64,000 nt of DNA from an uncultured Bacteroidota bacterium (GCA_903831265.1 CAIKXD010000081.1:1737-65736), one strand, 5' to 3'; counted from the first letter of the stretch, positions 9,328-19,476 are shown. Program-made: numbers and translations. The notes: a model not told the origin generated them from the sequence alone.

Positions 9328-9780
9328 TTGAATCATAATAAACAGTCTATTAATTTGGAAAATTCAATTGTAACACGTACGGCCAAAATTACTTTTAATG
9401 TGCAAGAGGGTGTGCTTTACTTTGAATTATTTCCAGGTAATGAAATTGGATTAGAAGATTCTAAAGAACATATAGCAGCTTCCGAAAAATTAACAAATGG
9501 AAAAATGCATTGTGCTTTTATTAAAGCCCTTGGCAATATCGATATTTCATCCGAAGCGCGCAAGTACGGCTCAAATCCAAAAATTCAAGAAAATTTAATC
9601 GCACAGGCTGTTTTGGTAGATTCAATGGCAACCAGAATTGCAGGTAACTTTTATATTCGTTTTAATAAACCACCAAAACCTACCAGAATATTTACTAATC
9701 CCGAAGATGCTAAGTCTTGGCTACTATACAAAAAAGCCGAATTCGATAAGCAACAAGAGGTAGAATCAAATAGTAAGTAA
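9328..9780 (+). CDS. hypothetical protein (possibly a SpoIIAA/STAS-like fold)
   Basis: 150-aa ORF with a TTG start and non-repetitive sequence. The fold assignment is only a guess from size and hydrophobic pattern. Confidence 0.5.
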   Translation: MNHNKQSINLENSIVTRTAKITFNVQEGVLYFELFPGNEIGLEDSKEHIAASEKLTNGKMHCAFIKALGNIDISSEARKYGSNPKIQENLIAQAVLVDSMATRIAGNFYIRFNKPPKPTRIFTNPEDAKSWLLYKKAEFDKQQEVESNSK

Positions 9781-9816
9781 ATTCAAAATCAATAATTTAA
9801 CGCAAATTTTGCAGTA

Positions 9817-9972
9817 GAATCGTTTGTTAGTAAAATTTTGCAATAATATAAAGCGCTCACGGACTGTTTGGATTGAAACAACAGCGAGCTATTTTGAAAT
9901 TCAAAATGGGAGTAGGTGCTTGAGATTGAAGTAAAATGAATTGAGTAGATTTCTAATGTGGGATTTGGGTTT
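9817..9972 (+). repeat. dispersed non-coding repeat, copy A
   Basis: Shares GAATCGTT, GCTCACGGACTGTTTGGATTGAAA, the palindrome ATTTTGAAATTCAAAAT (9891-9907), GGGAGTA, GCTTGAGATTGAAG, TTGAGTAG and ATTTGGGTT with copies at 35159 and 59100. Confidence 0.85.
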
Positions 9973-10118
9973 AATTATGCATTATCAAATAGTTGTTACT
10001 AAGGTGAAGTAACAATTATTAATTGAGCAATTTTACGCATTAATGTTATAGTTGTGTAACAAAAGTAGCTGTGTGTAATTTTAATTCTATCGAAATTTGC
10101 AACATAAAACTATCATTC

Positions 10119-10523
10119 ATGTTACTTGCCAATATTGTTTATTCAGTTGTATTTAATAAATGTCCTCAGTGCCATCAGGGCAAAGTATTAACTTATCCCC
10201 CCTATCAAATAAATAAATTGCTTGATACAGGAGAATCATGTGTTCATTGTGAATTAAAATATGAAAAAGAACCAGGTTTTTTTTATGGTGCTATGTATGT
10301 TTCATACGCCTTAACTTCTGGTGTTTTTATCGTAGCGTATTTATTGCAGTTATTGGTATTAGACTTACCTGAAACACAATTTGCATTATCAATGGTTAGC
10401 TTCATATTGCTTACTTTTCCTTTAGTTGCAAGATGGTCAAGACTATTATGGCTTAACTTTTTTGTTTCTTACGATCCTTTAAAATCTAATATTTCAATTT
10501 CTAAACAAAGCAACTCTAAATAA
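10119..10523 (+). CDS. DUF983-like small membrane protein
   Basis: CPQC...CVHC zinc-ribbon-like pair followed by two transmembrane helices. The internal ATG at 10119 is preferred over the GTG at 10071. Confidence 0.65.
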   Translation: MLLANIVYSVVFNKCPQCHQGKVLTYPPYQINKLLDTGESCVHCELKYEKEPGFFYGAMYVSYALTSGVFIVAYLLQLLVLDLPETQFALSMVSFILLTFPLVARWSRLLWLNFFVSYDPLKSNISISKQSNSK

Positions 10524-10525
10524 AA

Positions 10526-10822
10526 ATGGCAACTTTTAATGAAATAATTCAATCAGAAAAACCGGTGCTCATCGACTTTTTTGCCGAATGGTGTGGGCCT
10601 TGTAAAATGATGAAACCAATTTTAGAGGATTTAAAATCTTCCATTGGCGAAAAAGCAACCATCATTAAAATTGATGTTGACAAAAACCCACAAGTGGCTG
10701 CACAATACAAAATTCAGGGTGTCCCTACTTTAATGATATTTAAAAACGGGGAGGTTAAATGGCGTCAATCCGGGATAGTGCAAGCTAACCAATTAGAGGC
10801 ACTCATTAAGCAGTATCAGTGA
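10526..10822 (+). CDS. trxA: thioredoxin
   Basis: 98 aa with the WCGPC active site. Confidence 0.95.
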   Translation: MATFNEIIQSEKPVLIDFFAEWCGPCKMMKPILEDLKSSIGEKATIIKIDVDKNPQVAAQYKIQGVPTLMIFKNGEVKWRQSGIVQANQLEALIKQYQ

Positions 10823-11274
10823 GTATTAAAAGTAAAGATTATCTGCTGGTAGCTTTGCAGCTCTTGCTCTTCACGCTCTATTTTTGGAGTCCCTACAAAA
10901 TAACTATTTACCAAGGAAATGATCTCAGTTTAATAGCTTTGGTTTTAGTAATAATTGGTGTAATAATCATGCTACTAGCGGTGTATGCTTTACGAAAAAG
11001 TATTTCTCCATTTCCTAGCCCTCGAAAAAATGCTGTTTTAATTCAACATGGTATTTTTAAATTTATTCGGCATCCAATTTATACTTCAATACTTTTAACA
11101 ACGCTTGGTTGGGCATTTTATAGCAATAGTTTATTCAGAATTTTTATTTTTGCCATGTTAATTATACTTTTCGAAATTAAATCAAATTTCGAAGAAGACT
11201 TATTGATAAAACGTTTTACAAAATACGCTAACTACATTAAAATAACTGGTAAATATCTTCCTAAAATAAATTAA
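10819..11274 (+). CDS. isoprenylcysteine carboxyl / phospholipid methyltransferase-family membrane protein
   Basis: Four hydrophobic helices and the motif [13 protein letters not shown] typical of the ICMT/PEMT family. GTG start overlaps the trxA stop (GTGA). Confidence 0.7.
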   Translation: MSIKSKDYLLVALQLLLFTLYFWSPYKITIYQGNDLSLIALVLVIIGVIIMLLAVYALRKSISPFPSPRKNAVLIQHGIFKFIRHPIYTSILLTTLGWAFYSNSLFRIFIFAMLIILFEIKSNFEEDLLIKRFTKYANYIKITGKYLPKIN

Positions 11275-11275
11275 T

Positions 11276-11986
11276 ATGAAAAAAATAATAGTAAACAGTT
11301 GTGCAATTTTATTACTTGTGTTGAGTGCATGCACCAATGGTCAAAATGCCAATTTTGGTCTTAATGTAAACGAGTTTAACGATAAGCTAAATCAAACGCC
11401 AAATGCACAATTAATTGATGTAAGAACGCCAGGAGAATATGCAGATGGTCATCTTGCCAATGCCCTAAATTTTGATTGGAACGGTGCTGCTTTTGAAACA
11501 CAAATTAAAAATTTGGATAAGCAAAAGCCAGTTTTTGTTTATTGCTTAAGTGGCGGAAGAAGTGGCTCTGCGGCTGCAAAAATGCGTAATGAGGGCTTTG
11601 CAGCAGTATACGAAATGAATGGTGGTATGATGAAATGGCGCGCTGCTGCATTGCCCCAAACCAAAAACGAAACCTCTGTTGAATCTAAAGGGATGTCGTT
11701 AAACGATTACAATAAATTAACCCAAAGCCATAAAAAAGTACTCATCGATTTTTATGCTGAATGGTGCGCTCCTTGTAAGAAAATGAAGCCCTACCTTGAC
11801 GAAATTTCAAAAGACATAAAAGAGGAGGTCACTGTAATAAGAATTGATGCAGATCAAAATAAGTTGCTGTTACAAGAGCTAAAAATTGATGGATTACCGG
11901 TGCTTATTATGTACAAAGATGGCATTCAAACGTGGAGAAATGTTGGATTTATTGACAAAGTCGAAGTGCTTAAAAAAATTAAATAA
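11276..11986 (+). CDS. rhodanese-thioredoxin fusion lipoprotein
   Basis: Lipobox LSAC, rhodanese active-site loop CLSGGRS, and a C-terminal thioredoxin domain with WCAPC. Confidence 0.85.
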   Translation: MKKIIVNSCAILLLVLSACTNGQNANFGLNVNEFNDKLNQTPNAQLIDVRTPGEYADGHLANALNFDWNGAAFETQIKNLDKQKPVFVYCLSGGRSGSAAAKMRNEGFAAVYEMNGGMMKWRAAALPQTKNETSVESKGMSLNDYNKLTQSHKKVLIDFYAEWCAPCKKMKPYLDEISKDIKEEVTVIRIDADQNKLLLQELKIDGLPVLIMYKDGIQTWRNVGFIDKVEVLKKIK

Positions 11987-12113
11987 TTCACATAGCATAA
12001 AAAAAACTTAGCTAAAAAGTGAAGTCATATAGCCAAACAAAAATAAAGTACCATTTAGAATATTTTAAATTAAGTCAAATTTTATAACTTGCGTCCCTTT
12101 AAATATTTTTACA

Positions 12114-13106
12114 ATGATGATGAAAGAACTAGTGGCTGACTTTCCTAAGCAATTACAAAAAGCTTTGCTTATTGCGCAATCTGCACAACTTAATAAAAGC
12201 AATACAGCAATTCAAAATGTTTTTATTTCAGGTTTAGGTGGTTCAGGTATAGGAGGATCAATAGTTGCAGAGTTGGTAAGTCAAGAAGCTACTTGCCCTA
12301 TTGTAATCAATAAAGACTATTTTTCACCTGGCTTTATTAATGAAAATACACTAGCAATAATTTGTACTTACAGTGGTAACACCGAAGAAACTATTCAAGT
12401 GCTCAAGCACTGTATTAAAGCTAAAGCAAAAATAACTGTAATCACTTCTGGTGGAGATGCTGCACATATTGCTGATCAACATCAATTAGATTATATTTTA
12501 CTTCCTTCAGGATTTCCGCCCCGTTCTTGCATTGGTTACTCTATTTGTCAAATCTTAAAGGTGCTTAATTTTCATAAAATTACAGAAACTAACCATCTGT
12601 TAGAAGTAGAAAGTACAATTGCTTTGCTCCAAAATCAACATCAACAAATTGTTACTGAAGCAGAAAATGTGGCCAAGGCAATATACAATAAACTCCCAAT
12701 CATTTACACACTTGGAAATACTGAAGGTGTTGTTGTTAGATTCAGACAGCAACTAAACGAAAATAGTAAAATGCTATGCTGGCATCATGTAATTCCCGAA
12801 ATGAACCACAATGAATTAGTGGGGTGGACCGAAAAAAATGATGACTTGGCGGTTATTGTATTTAGATATGAAAATGATTACTACCGCAGTGTAAAAAGGT
12901 TGGATGTTTGTAAAGAGGTTTTTGCAAAATATTGCAATACTATTATTGAGATAAATGCCAAAGGAAATTCACCCGTTCAGCGTGCTTTATACATGATACA
13001 TTTAGGCGACTGGATTAGTTGCTTAATTGCTGATATTAAAAAGGCAGATGCGATGGATATTTCCATTATCAATCATCTTAAAGCTGAGCTTTCTAAAATG
13101 CAATAA
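12114..13106 (+). CDS. bifunctional phosphoglucose/phosphomannose isomerase-family SIS protein
   Basis: SIS-domain glycine loop GLGGSGIGG. The length and C-terminal NELVGW region are typical of the PGI/PMI family. Confidence 0.75.
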   Translation: MMMKELVADFPKQLQKALLIAQSAQLNKSNTAIQNVFISGLGGSGIGGSIVAELVSQEATCPIVINKDYFSPGFINENTLAIICTYSGNTEETIQVLKHCIKAKAKITVITSGGDAAHIADQHQLDYILLPSGFPPRSCIGYSICQILKVLNFHKITETNHLLEVESTIALLQNQHQQIVTEAENVAKAIYNKLPIIYTLGNTEGVVVRFRQQLNENSKMLCWHHVIPEMNHNELVGWTEKNDDLAVIVFRYENDYYRSVKRLDVCKEVFAKYCNTIIEINAKGNSPVQRALYMIHLGDWISCLIADIKKADAMDISIINHLKAELSKMQ

Positions 13107-13111
13107 CAAGC

Positions 13112-13819
13112 ATGATTAAAAACAAGGAAGTTGTTGTTCAGGATTTAGGATTAATTGATTATCAAAAAGCATGGGATTACCAGGAAGAAATTTTTGCTAA
13201 TACAATTCAAACAAAAGTCAATAACCGACTTCATGAAAATGAAGCAATAAAAACGTCTAACTTTCTTTTGCTCTGCGAGCATCTTCATGTGTATACGCTC
13301 GGTAAAAGTGGCAAGCCAGAAAACCTTTTGGTTAATGAAGAGCAATTAAATCAAATAAAAGCCACTTACTATAAAATAAATAGGGGAGGAGATATTACCT
13401 ATCATGGGCCCGGCCAATTAGTGGGCTATCCTATTTTAGATTTAGATAATTTTTTTACCGATATTCATAAATATTTGCGATTCTTAGAGGAGGCAATTAT
13501 TAATACCTGTGCCGATTATGGTGTAATAGCTGGAAGATATCCCGGCTATACAGGAGTTTGGATTGATGCTGATCAAACTAATGCGCGTAAAATATGTGCA
13601 ATGGGCGTTAGATGCAGCCGTTGGGTTACCATGCATGGCTTTGCATTTAATATAAATACCAATCTCGATTATTTTAAACACATTGTTCCCTGTGGTATTG
13701 ATGATAAAGCCGTTACTTCATTGGCCTTAGAGTTGGGCCATGAAATAAATATAGATGAGGTTAAAAAGAAATTTCTTTCCCATTTTGAAAGTATTTTTGA
13801 AGCAAAAAATATCTATTAG
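13112..13819 (+). CDS. lipB: lipoyl(octanoyl) transferase
   Basis: RGGDITYHGPGQLVGYPIL, KICAMGVR and PCG motifs. Confidence 0.9.
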   Translation: MIKNKEVVVQDLGLIDYQKAWDYQEEIFANTIQTKVNNRLHENEAIKTSNFLLLCEHLHVYTLGKSGKPENLLVNEEQLNQIKATYYKINRGGDITYHGPGQLVGYPILDLDNFFTDIHKYLRFLEEAIINTCADYGVIAGRYPGYTGVWIDADQTNARKICAMGVRCSRWVTMHGFAFNINTNLDYFKHIVPCGIDDKAVTSLALELGHEINIDEVKKKFLSHFESIFEAKNIY

Positions 13820-13824
13820 AAAAT

Positions 13825-14619
13825 CTAAACAGCTACAGCTCCTTTAATTGCTGGATGTGGGTCGTATCCCTCTACACTAAAATCTTCAAATTTGAAACTA
13901 AAAATATCTTTTACTGAAGGATTTATTTTTAACAGAGACAAAGGTCTATATGCACGGCTTAATTGCAAGCGCACCTGCTCCATATGATTTGAGTAAATAT
14001 GAGCATCACCAAGTGTGTGCACAAAATCGCCAACTTTTAAATCGCAAACCTGCGCTACCATGTGTGTTAGTAATGCATAGGAAGCAATATTAAAGGGTAC
14101 ACCTAAAAATATATCAGCACTTCTCTGGTATAATTGGCAGCTTAGTTTACCATCGGCCACATAAAATTGAAAAAACGCATGGCATGGCGGTAGTTTCATT
14201 TGCTCAATATCAGCCACATTCCATGCACTTACTATTAATCTTCTCGAATCAGGATTCTTCTTTATGCTTTCAATTAAATTACTTATCTGATCTATGTGCC
14301 CACCTTCTGGCTTTGGCCAGCTTCTCCATTGATAACCATAAACAGGCCCTAAGTTGCCTTCATTATCTGCCCATTCATCCCATATACTTACTCCATTATC
14401 TTTTAAATAGGATATGTTGGTGCTGCCTTTTAAAAACCATAGCAATTCATGAAATATACTTTTTGTATGTAATTTTTTTGTGGTTAGCAGCGGAAAACCT
14501 TGCTGTAAATCAAAACGCATTTGATAGCCAAAAACACTTGTTGTGCCTGTGCCTGTTCTGTCCGATTTAAATATTCCGTTTTCAAGAACATAATTTAGTA
14601 AGTCGTGGTATTGTTGCAT
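13825..14619 (-). CDS. thyA: thymidylate synthase
   Basis: DRTGTGT, the LPPCH active-site cysteine and [17 protein letters not shown]. Confidence 0.97.
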   Translation of the reverse strand: MQQYHDLLNYVLENGIFKSDRTGTGTTSVFGYQMRFDLQQGFPLLTTKKLHTKSIFHELLWFLKGSTNISYLKDNGVSIWDEWADNEGNLGPVYGYQWRSWPKPEGGHIDQISNLIESIKKNPDSRRLIVSAWNVADIEQMKLPPCHAFFQFYVADGKLSCQLYQRSADIFLGVPFNIASYALLTHMVAQVCDLKVGDFVHTLGDAHIYSNHMEQVRLQLSRAYRPLSLLKINPSVKDIFSFKFEDFSVEGYDPHPAIKGAVAV

Positions 14620-14753
14620 TTTGCTATTGTATTACCATGCAAAATTAGCAAAGCATAAGCAATCTTATGCGCAAATGATATTAACAAATGACTTTAAAAT
14701 TCAACAATATATGCGAATAAGATTTAAACTTGCTCAATAATAAACAACTTGGC

Positions 14754-14788
14754 AAAAAAAAAGTCCCTCAATATCTTGAAGGACTTTT
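14754..14788 (-). terminator. putative rho-independent terminator of the 14809-15384 gene
   Basis: Stem AAGTCC / GGACTT around a 14-nt loop, followed on the minus strand by a 9-T run. Confidence 0.45.
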
Positions 14789-14808
14789 CTTGAATGATAA
14801 AACTATTC

Positions 14809-15384
14809 TTACTTACTCTTTTTTAAGGTATAATATTCCTTGTACATACTCTTTAGCTCTCCATTTACTTTATGTGTGTATGCAGCATCATAATTAAACT
14901 CCTGGTTCATTTTATCATATCTAATTTTTGCCACCGGTTTAAGCAATACATCTGTATTCAAATTCTGAACCTCGGCAAATAATGAAATATCAACACCAAA
15001 GATAAAAGCGTTATTAACATCATTAGGAACTTCAGCATTTACTTCAACTATTTTGGATACATACCCTTTTTTTTGTATAATGATTTTAAACTTTTTATTT
15101 AGTGGTAATTGAAAAGAAGCCTTTCCTTTTTTATCTGTAAAGTATGACGCAACAAGGTAATTACTATTTGAAATAACTTTAATAACTGCCCCTTTAACCA
15201 CAACTTTTTCATCTGCTTTATCAGGTCCTTTTGAATCCTTAACCAAACTATTAATTTGAAGATAATATTTTTTAGGATCTCTGGCTAACGAGCTGTCTGT
15301 TTTGGCTTCTTGAGCTATTAAACTACTCGTTTTTAATAAGCTTATGGCTATTAATAAAAATAATGGTTTAATAATTTTTGTCAT
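14809..15384 (-). CDS. secreted protein with carboxypeptidase-regulatory-like domain
   Basis: Signal peptide. The VVVKGAVIKV...TDKKGKASF...GYVSK pattern resembles CarboxypepD_reg beta-sandwich domains. Confidence 0.55.
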   Translation of the reverse strand: MTKIIKPLFLLIAISLLKTSSLIAQEAKTDSSLARDPKKYYLQINSLVKDSKGPDKADEKVVVKGAVIKVISNSNYLVASYFTDKKGKASFQLPLNKKFKIIIQKKGYVSKIVEVNAEVPNDVNNAFIFGVDISLFAEVQNLNTDVLLKPVAKIRYDKMNQEFNYDAAYTHKVNGELKSMYKEYYTLKKSK

Positions 15385-15523
15385 AACTCTTGTTTTAAAT
15401 TTATAATTATTTGTTCTTTAAGGATATACATCTTGCTGCTAAAATAACCACTATTGCACCACAAACAAAATAACCTGCTCATATTATTGAACAGGTTAAT
15501 GTTTATAAAGGTTTCAAAGAGTA

Positions 15524-17353
15524 TTAATTAACTAAAGATTTTACGGCTTCGTTATCTTTTAATTTCACAAATTCCATATCTGTCTTTGCCATTTCTTTTA
15601 ATGAACCATCTTTTGCAAAAGCAGCATTCAAATACTTAGCAACACCCGCTGCATCAGCTTTTCTAGCAGAAATAATTGCCTTTAAATAATTACCCATGCC
15701 GCTGTCTTTGTCATTTGAAGCTTCAATCGCGCTCATTGCTGCATCGGAATTGCCATTCAATAATTTTGCCAAGGCAGCATTAAAAGAATTGGCATCACCG
15801 TAGTTAGATAACGCGTTCGAATATTTTCCATTCATGATATTAATTCTACCCATGTTGTAGTTTGCTTCTGCAGCACTGCTTTGTCCATAATATGCTATAG
15901 CAGCTTGCTTATCACCTTTTTTCATGGCAATAATACCTAGGTTATTTAAAACAGCTGCATTATTTGCAGAGGCTTGATTTGCCTTTTCGAAAGATGCACC
16001 TGCCTCAGCAATTTTATTTTGCATTAAATACATGCAACCTAAATTATTATGTCCTCTCCATTCGTTTGGATAAATACGTGCACAGTTAGCGTAGATAGCA
16101 GTTTGTGTGGCCATATCTGTTGTAATAGAAGAAGTGTATAACAATTCTTCTGCAGATAATGAATCAGGCATAGCAGCAGCCATTTGAATCAAAACTTCAT
16201 CTGTTTTACATTTCTTTTCAGCGCTTACAGATAATTTTGCTCTTCTTAAAGCGGGTAAAATTTGATCAGAAATTTCTGTATAAGCTTTACTTATGTTTTT
16301 AATTTCGGCCTCTCTTTTATCTAAGTCAGCATAAGTTGATAAAATGCGTAAAATCATTTCTTTGTCTGGAACTGTTGAAGCTTCCATTTTTGTTTTAAAA
16401 CCTTCCCAGTCTTCAGGAGTAGATGCTAAGGTGTAAAACTTATCTTCAATACTTGTTTTAGTTACCTTGCTTGTTACCTTTCCAGTTTTAGGATTTTCGG
16501 TTTTAGTTGTATCTGTAACTTCAATCAAATACATCAAGTCATTCTTTTTAAAGAAGGCATTCAGTTCTTTAGTGGCGGCTTTTCCTCTGTCTGCAGCTAG
16601 GTTTGCATTTTTATCTTGCTCGCCATCTGGTGAAGCGTAAGCAGATATTGAAATACCTTTGATATCGTAATTTTTATTATAACCTATAGTTTTCTTGCCT
16701 TTTTCATCCTTAATGGCAGTTTGACTTCCTGATATAAAATCCATCATGGCTTTCATGTCGTCAGCTTTAAGCTCAGTGGCTTTGATGTTATCTTGGCTAA
16801 TTAAGAAGTGAATATCAGCATCTATTCCCATCGGAATAATTCTCGGCATATTTTCTTTCCCCATTACAGGTTTCTCATCGCTCATTACTAGTAAAGGAGT
16901 AACAACTGTTGCATCTGCCAATTTGGGTAACTGATACTCTTTCTTTACCTTATCTTTTTTTGTTGTTACAGCTTTGGCTGTAAACTCACTAACACGCATT
17001 TCTGGTCTGTAAGCTACTCTTTCGCTGTAATTAAAATTTGTTTCAGTTTTTTTTGCAACAACAATCCCTTTGCCTTCTTTCACTTTTTCACCCTGAAAAA
17101 CAAGCGGCTTTAATGCAACTTCCCCACCATTCCATTTCAGCATTGGTGTTAAAGTAATCATTTCTTTGGGAGCTTGAGTTTTTGCAGGAATTGAACCTTT
17201 TACTGTAATTGTGATTGTATCACCGTGCATTTCCAATGGATTGGGAGTGGTGGTATAGGTTACTTTAGACCAATCTGTGGTCTTGCATCCAGATAACGCA
17301 ATGGCCGCTGACATTACAAATAAAAATTTGTTCTTTAGCAAAGTAGTTTTCAT
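15524..17353 (-). CDS. TPR-repeat lipoprotein
   Basis: The internal ATG at 17353 gives MKTTLL...ALSGCK (lipobox). The C-terminal third has TPR-like repeats (NLGCMYLMQNKIAEAGASFEKA, NLGIIAMKKGDKQAAIAYY). Confidence 0.7.
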   Translation of the reverse strand: MKTTLLKNKFLFVMSAAIALSGCKTTDWSKVTYTTTPNPLEMHGDTITITVKGSIPAKTQAPKEMITLTPMLKWNGGEVALKPLVFQGEKVKEGKGIVVAKKTETNFNYSERVAYRPEMRVSEFTAKAVTTKKDKVKKEYQLPKLADATVVTPLLVMSDEKPVMGKENMPRIIPMGIDADIHFLISQDNIKATELKADDMKAMMDFISGSQTAIKDEKGKKTIGYNKNYDIKGISISAYASPDGEQDKNANLAADRGKAATKELNAFFKKNDLMYLIEVTDTTKTENPKTGKVTSKVTKTSIEDKFYTLASTPEDWEGFKTKMEASTVPDKEMILRILSTYADLDKREAEIKNISKAYTEISDQILPALRRAKLSVSAEKKCKTDEVLIQMAAAMPDSLSAEELLYTSSITTDMATQTAIYANCARIYPNEWRGHNNLGCMYLMQNKIAEAGASFEKANQASANNAAVLNNLGIIAMKKGDKQAAIAYYGQSSAAEANYNMGRINIMNGKYSNALSNYGDANSFNAALAKLLNGNSDAAMSAIEASNDKDSGMGNYLKAIISARKADAAGVAKYLNAAFAKDGSLKEMAKTDMEFVKLKDNEAVKSLVN

Positions 17354-17465
17354 CCTGTGTTTGTTTAATTTAGTATTAACTGTTAATAATAAGCTGCGAA
17401 AATAGTAATGTTTTCTATATAAAAAAAATACTAGTAAGATTAATCGTTCTAGCAAAACTGCCTAT

Positions 17466-18506
17466 CTATTCTTTAAATCGTTCATCTTTTGTAAATTCTA
17501 TATCTGTCAAAGTCTTTAAAAACGCAACTATCTGAGTTTTTTCAGTAGCTGATAAATTAATGCCATTTGCTAAAGTGGGGTCGAGAGTTCCCGATTGCTT
17601 AACTCCATTTGTGTAGTGACTTAAAACCTCTTCAAGTGACTCAAATCGCCCATCATGCATGTATGGGTAGGATAACTCAATATTGCGTAGGGTGGGAACT
17701 TTGAACTTACCCATATCACTGTTAATATTTGTTATATGAAATCTACCGCTGTCAACGAATGTTTCATCAAGTCCATTGTTTCTGTAGCTATTGTCTGTAA
17801 ATAAAGGCGGTGCGTGGCAACTACCGCACTTTTGCTCAAAAATTGCTAATCCTGATTTTTCATCAGTCGAAAATGGATGTTTTCCTGGGTCTTGTAAATG
17901 CTTGTCATAACGAGATGTTGCGCTTATGAATGATCCCATAAATTGCACTAATGCCTTAAGCATCTGCTGACTAGTGATGCTGTCGGAATTAAAAGCTGAT
18001 TTGAAAAGACTCCTGTAATCAGCCCTGTTACTAAGTTTTGTAATTACATTTTCTAAGGTTTCATCCATTTCAATTGGATTTGTAATTGGCCCAATAGGTT
18101 GCACTTCAATGTGTTTAGACCCTCCATCCCAAAAAAACTCTTTTTGCCACATTAGATTAAACAACACAGGCGAATTCCTAACACCCAATAAATTATCAAT
18201 ACCATGACTAAAATCATGGTCGGAATGAGCAAATGCAACAAATTGTTGATGACAACTTCCGCAGCTAATTGTATTGTCTCTGCTCAATAATGGATCATAA
18301 AACAATTTCTTGCCTAACAAAAAACCTTCCTTTGTTCTGGGATTTTCTTCAAAATTATAGACTGGTGTTGGAAAATAATCGGGCCACGATAAAACAATAT
18401 CATCATCAGTAACTAAGGGCTTAACTTTAGAATCGATTTTACATGAAATAGTATTTAAAATTCCAAAAGCTATAATGCAATAAATAAATATTCGTGTAAT
18501 CATCAA
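17466..18506 (-). CDS. di-heme cytochrome c peroxidase family enzyme (MbnH-like)
   Basis: Two CxxCH motifs (CGSCHQQ and CGSCHAPP) spaced as in the bacterial CCP/MauG/MbnH family. Signal/lipoprotein N-terminus. Confidence 0.85.
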   Translation of the reverse strand: MMITRIFIYCIIAFGILNTISCKIDSKVKPLVTDDDIVLSWPDYFPTPVYNFEENPRTKEGFLLGKKLFYDPLLSRDNTISCGSCHQQFVAFAHSDHDFSHGIDNLLGVRNSPVLFNLMWQKEFFWDGGSKHIEVQPIGPITNPIEMDETLENVITKLSNRADYRSLFKSAFNSDSITSQQMLKALVQFMGSFISATSRYDKHLQDPGKHPFSTDEKSGLAIFEQKCGSCHAPPLFTDNSYRNNGLDETFVDSGRFHITNINSDMGKFKVPTLRNIELSYPYMHDGRFESLEEVLSHYTNGVKQSGTLDPTLANGINLSATEKTQIVAFLKTLTDIEFTKDERFKE

Positions 18507-19300
18507 TTTTCTATAGAGGTGATACTAAACATATTTAAACAATTGTTTGCTATTGTTACAGAAATTGGACCTCCCATAGATTCACTAGTTTGTGCAAACT
18601 TAATTAATGAAGGACTTTCAAACATTTCAAGAATATCTGTTTTAATCTCCATTTTGCTTACTTTGTTTTCAGACAGAATTAAATCCCTGGTTCCAAAAGT
18701 TGGTTCAACTTTTCTTATACAGTTGTAAGGTGGTGTAAATCCACCTAAATGAAAAACAATGGCATTGTTAAAACCAACTGAATTAGGCGAGTTGCCTTCG
18801 AGCATTAAAAAAATATAGCCTTGGTTCCATGTCCAAAACATTCCATTAATTGGATCCAATGCCCCAATCTGCGCTCCTGAAGTATTTCTGGTACTATCAA
18901 CACCAAGTATAAAACTTATGCCGTTGTAGGTTCCTACTGGCACGCTATCCAGGATTAAGGAGTATTTATTTCCCTTCCTGTTGTCTATCAAATGATAGCA
19001 TTCTGGCTCGACAAAGGTTGTACCATCAGCATTTTTTAAAACAATGTTGCTTATGTAGTACTTAAACTTTGAAACATTAAAACTGTCACCATTGGCATTC
19101 AAATAATTTCCAATATTCAATTGTAAACTTTCGGAACCAGCTTTATTGTTGAAGTTGATTGTTACACTGCCATATTTTGCGTTACTAGTAGGTGTATTAA
19201 TTGATGGATCTTTAATATCACTCTTTAATTCATTATCTTTTTTACAAGCTAATAAATTGAGTAAAAATAGTAGTGTAAAAAAATTAATTAATTGCTTCAT
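18503..19300 (-). CDS. MbnP-like periplasmic lipoprotein (partner of the di-heme enzyme)
   Basis: Lipobox LLACK and ~260 aa. It is translationally coupled (ATGA overlap) directly upstream of the di-heme peroxidase, and contains GMFWTWNQGYIFLMLEG. The call rests mainly on gene context. Confidence 0.55.
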   Translation of the reverse strand: MKQLINFFTLLFLLNLLACKKDNELKSDIKDPSINTPTSNAKYGSVTINFNNKAGSESLQLNIGNYLNANGDSFNVSKFKYYISNIVLKNADGTTFVEPECYHLIDNRKGNKYSLILDSVPVGTYNGISFILGVDSTRNTSGAQIGALDPINGMFWTWNQGYIFLMLEGNSPNSVGFNNAIVFHLGGFTPPYNCIRKVEPTFGTRDLILSENKVSKMEIKTDILEMFESPSLIKFAQTSESMGGPISVTIANNCLNMFSITSIEN

Positions 19301-19476
19301 GTTTAACAGAATTTTGCCGTAAAGCTAAAAAAAAAGACTCTCATTTTGTATAAACCTAGTTTTAAATTAAATGTTCTTTAAGTTTGAACAAACTTGTGTG
19401 CTTTCAACAAAAAATAGTTTGTTAGAAATCAAAAAATGATATTTGATTTATTATCTTTACCCGATAAATTACTACC

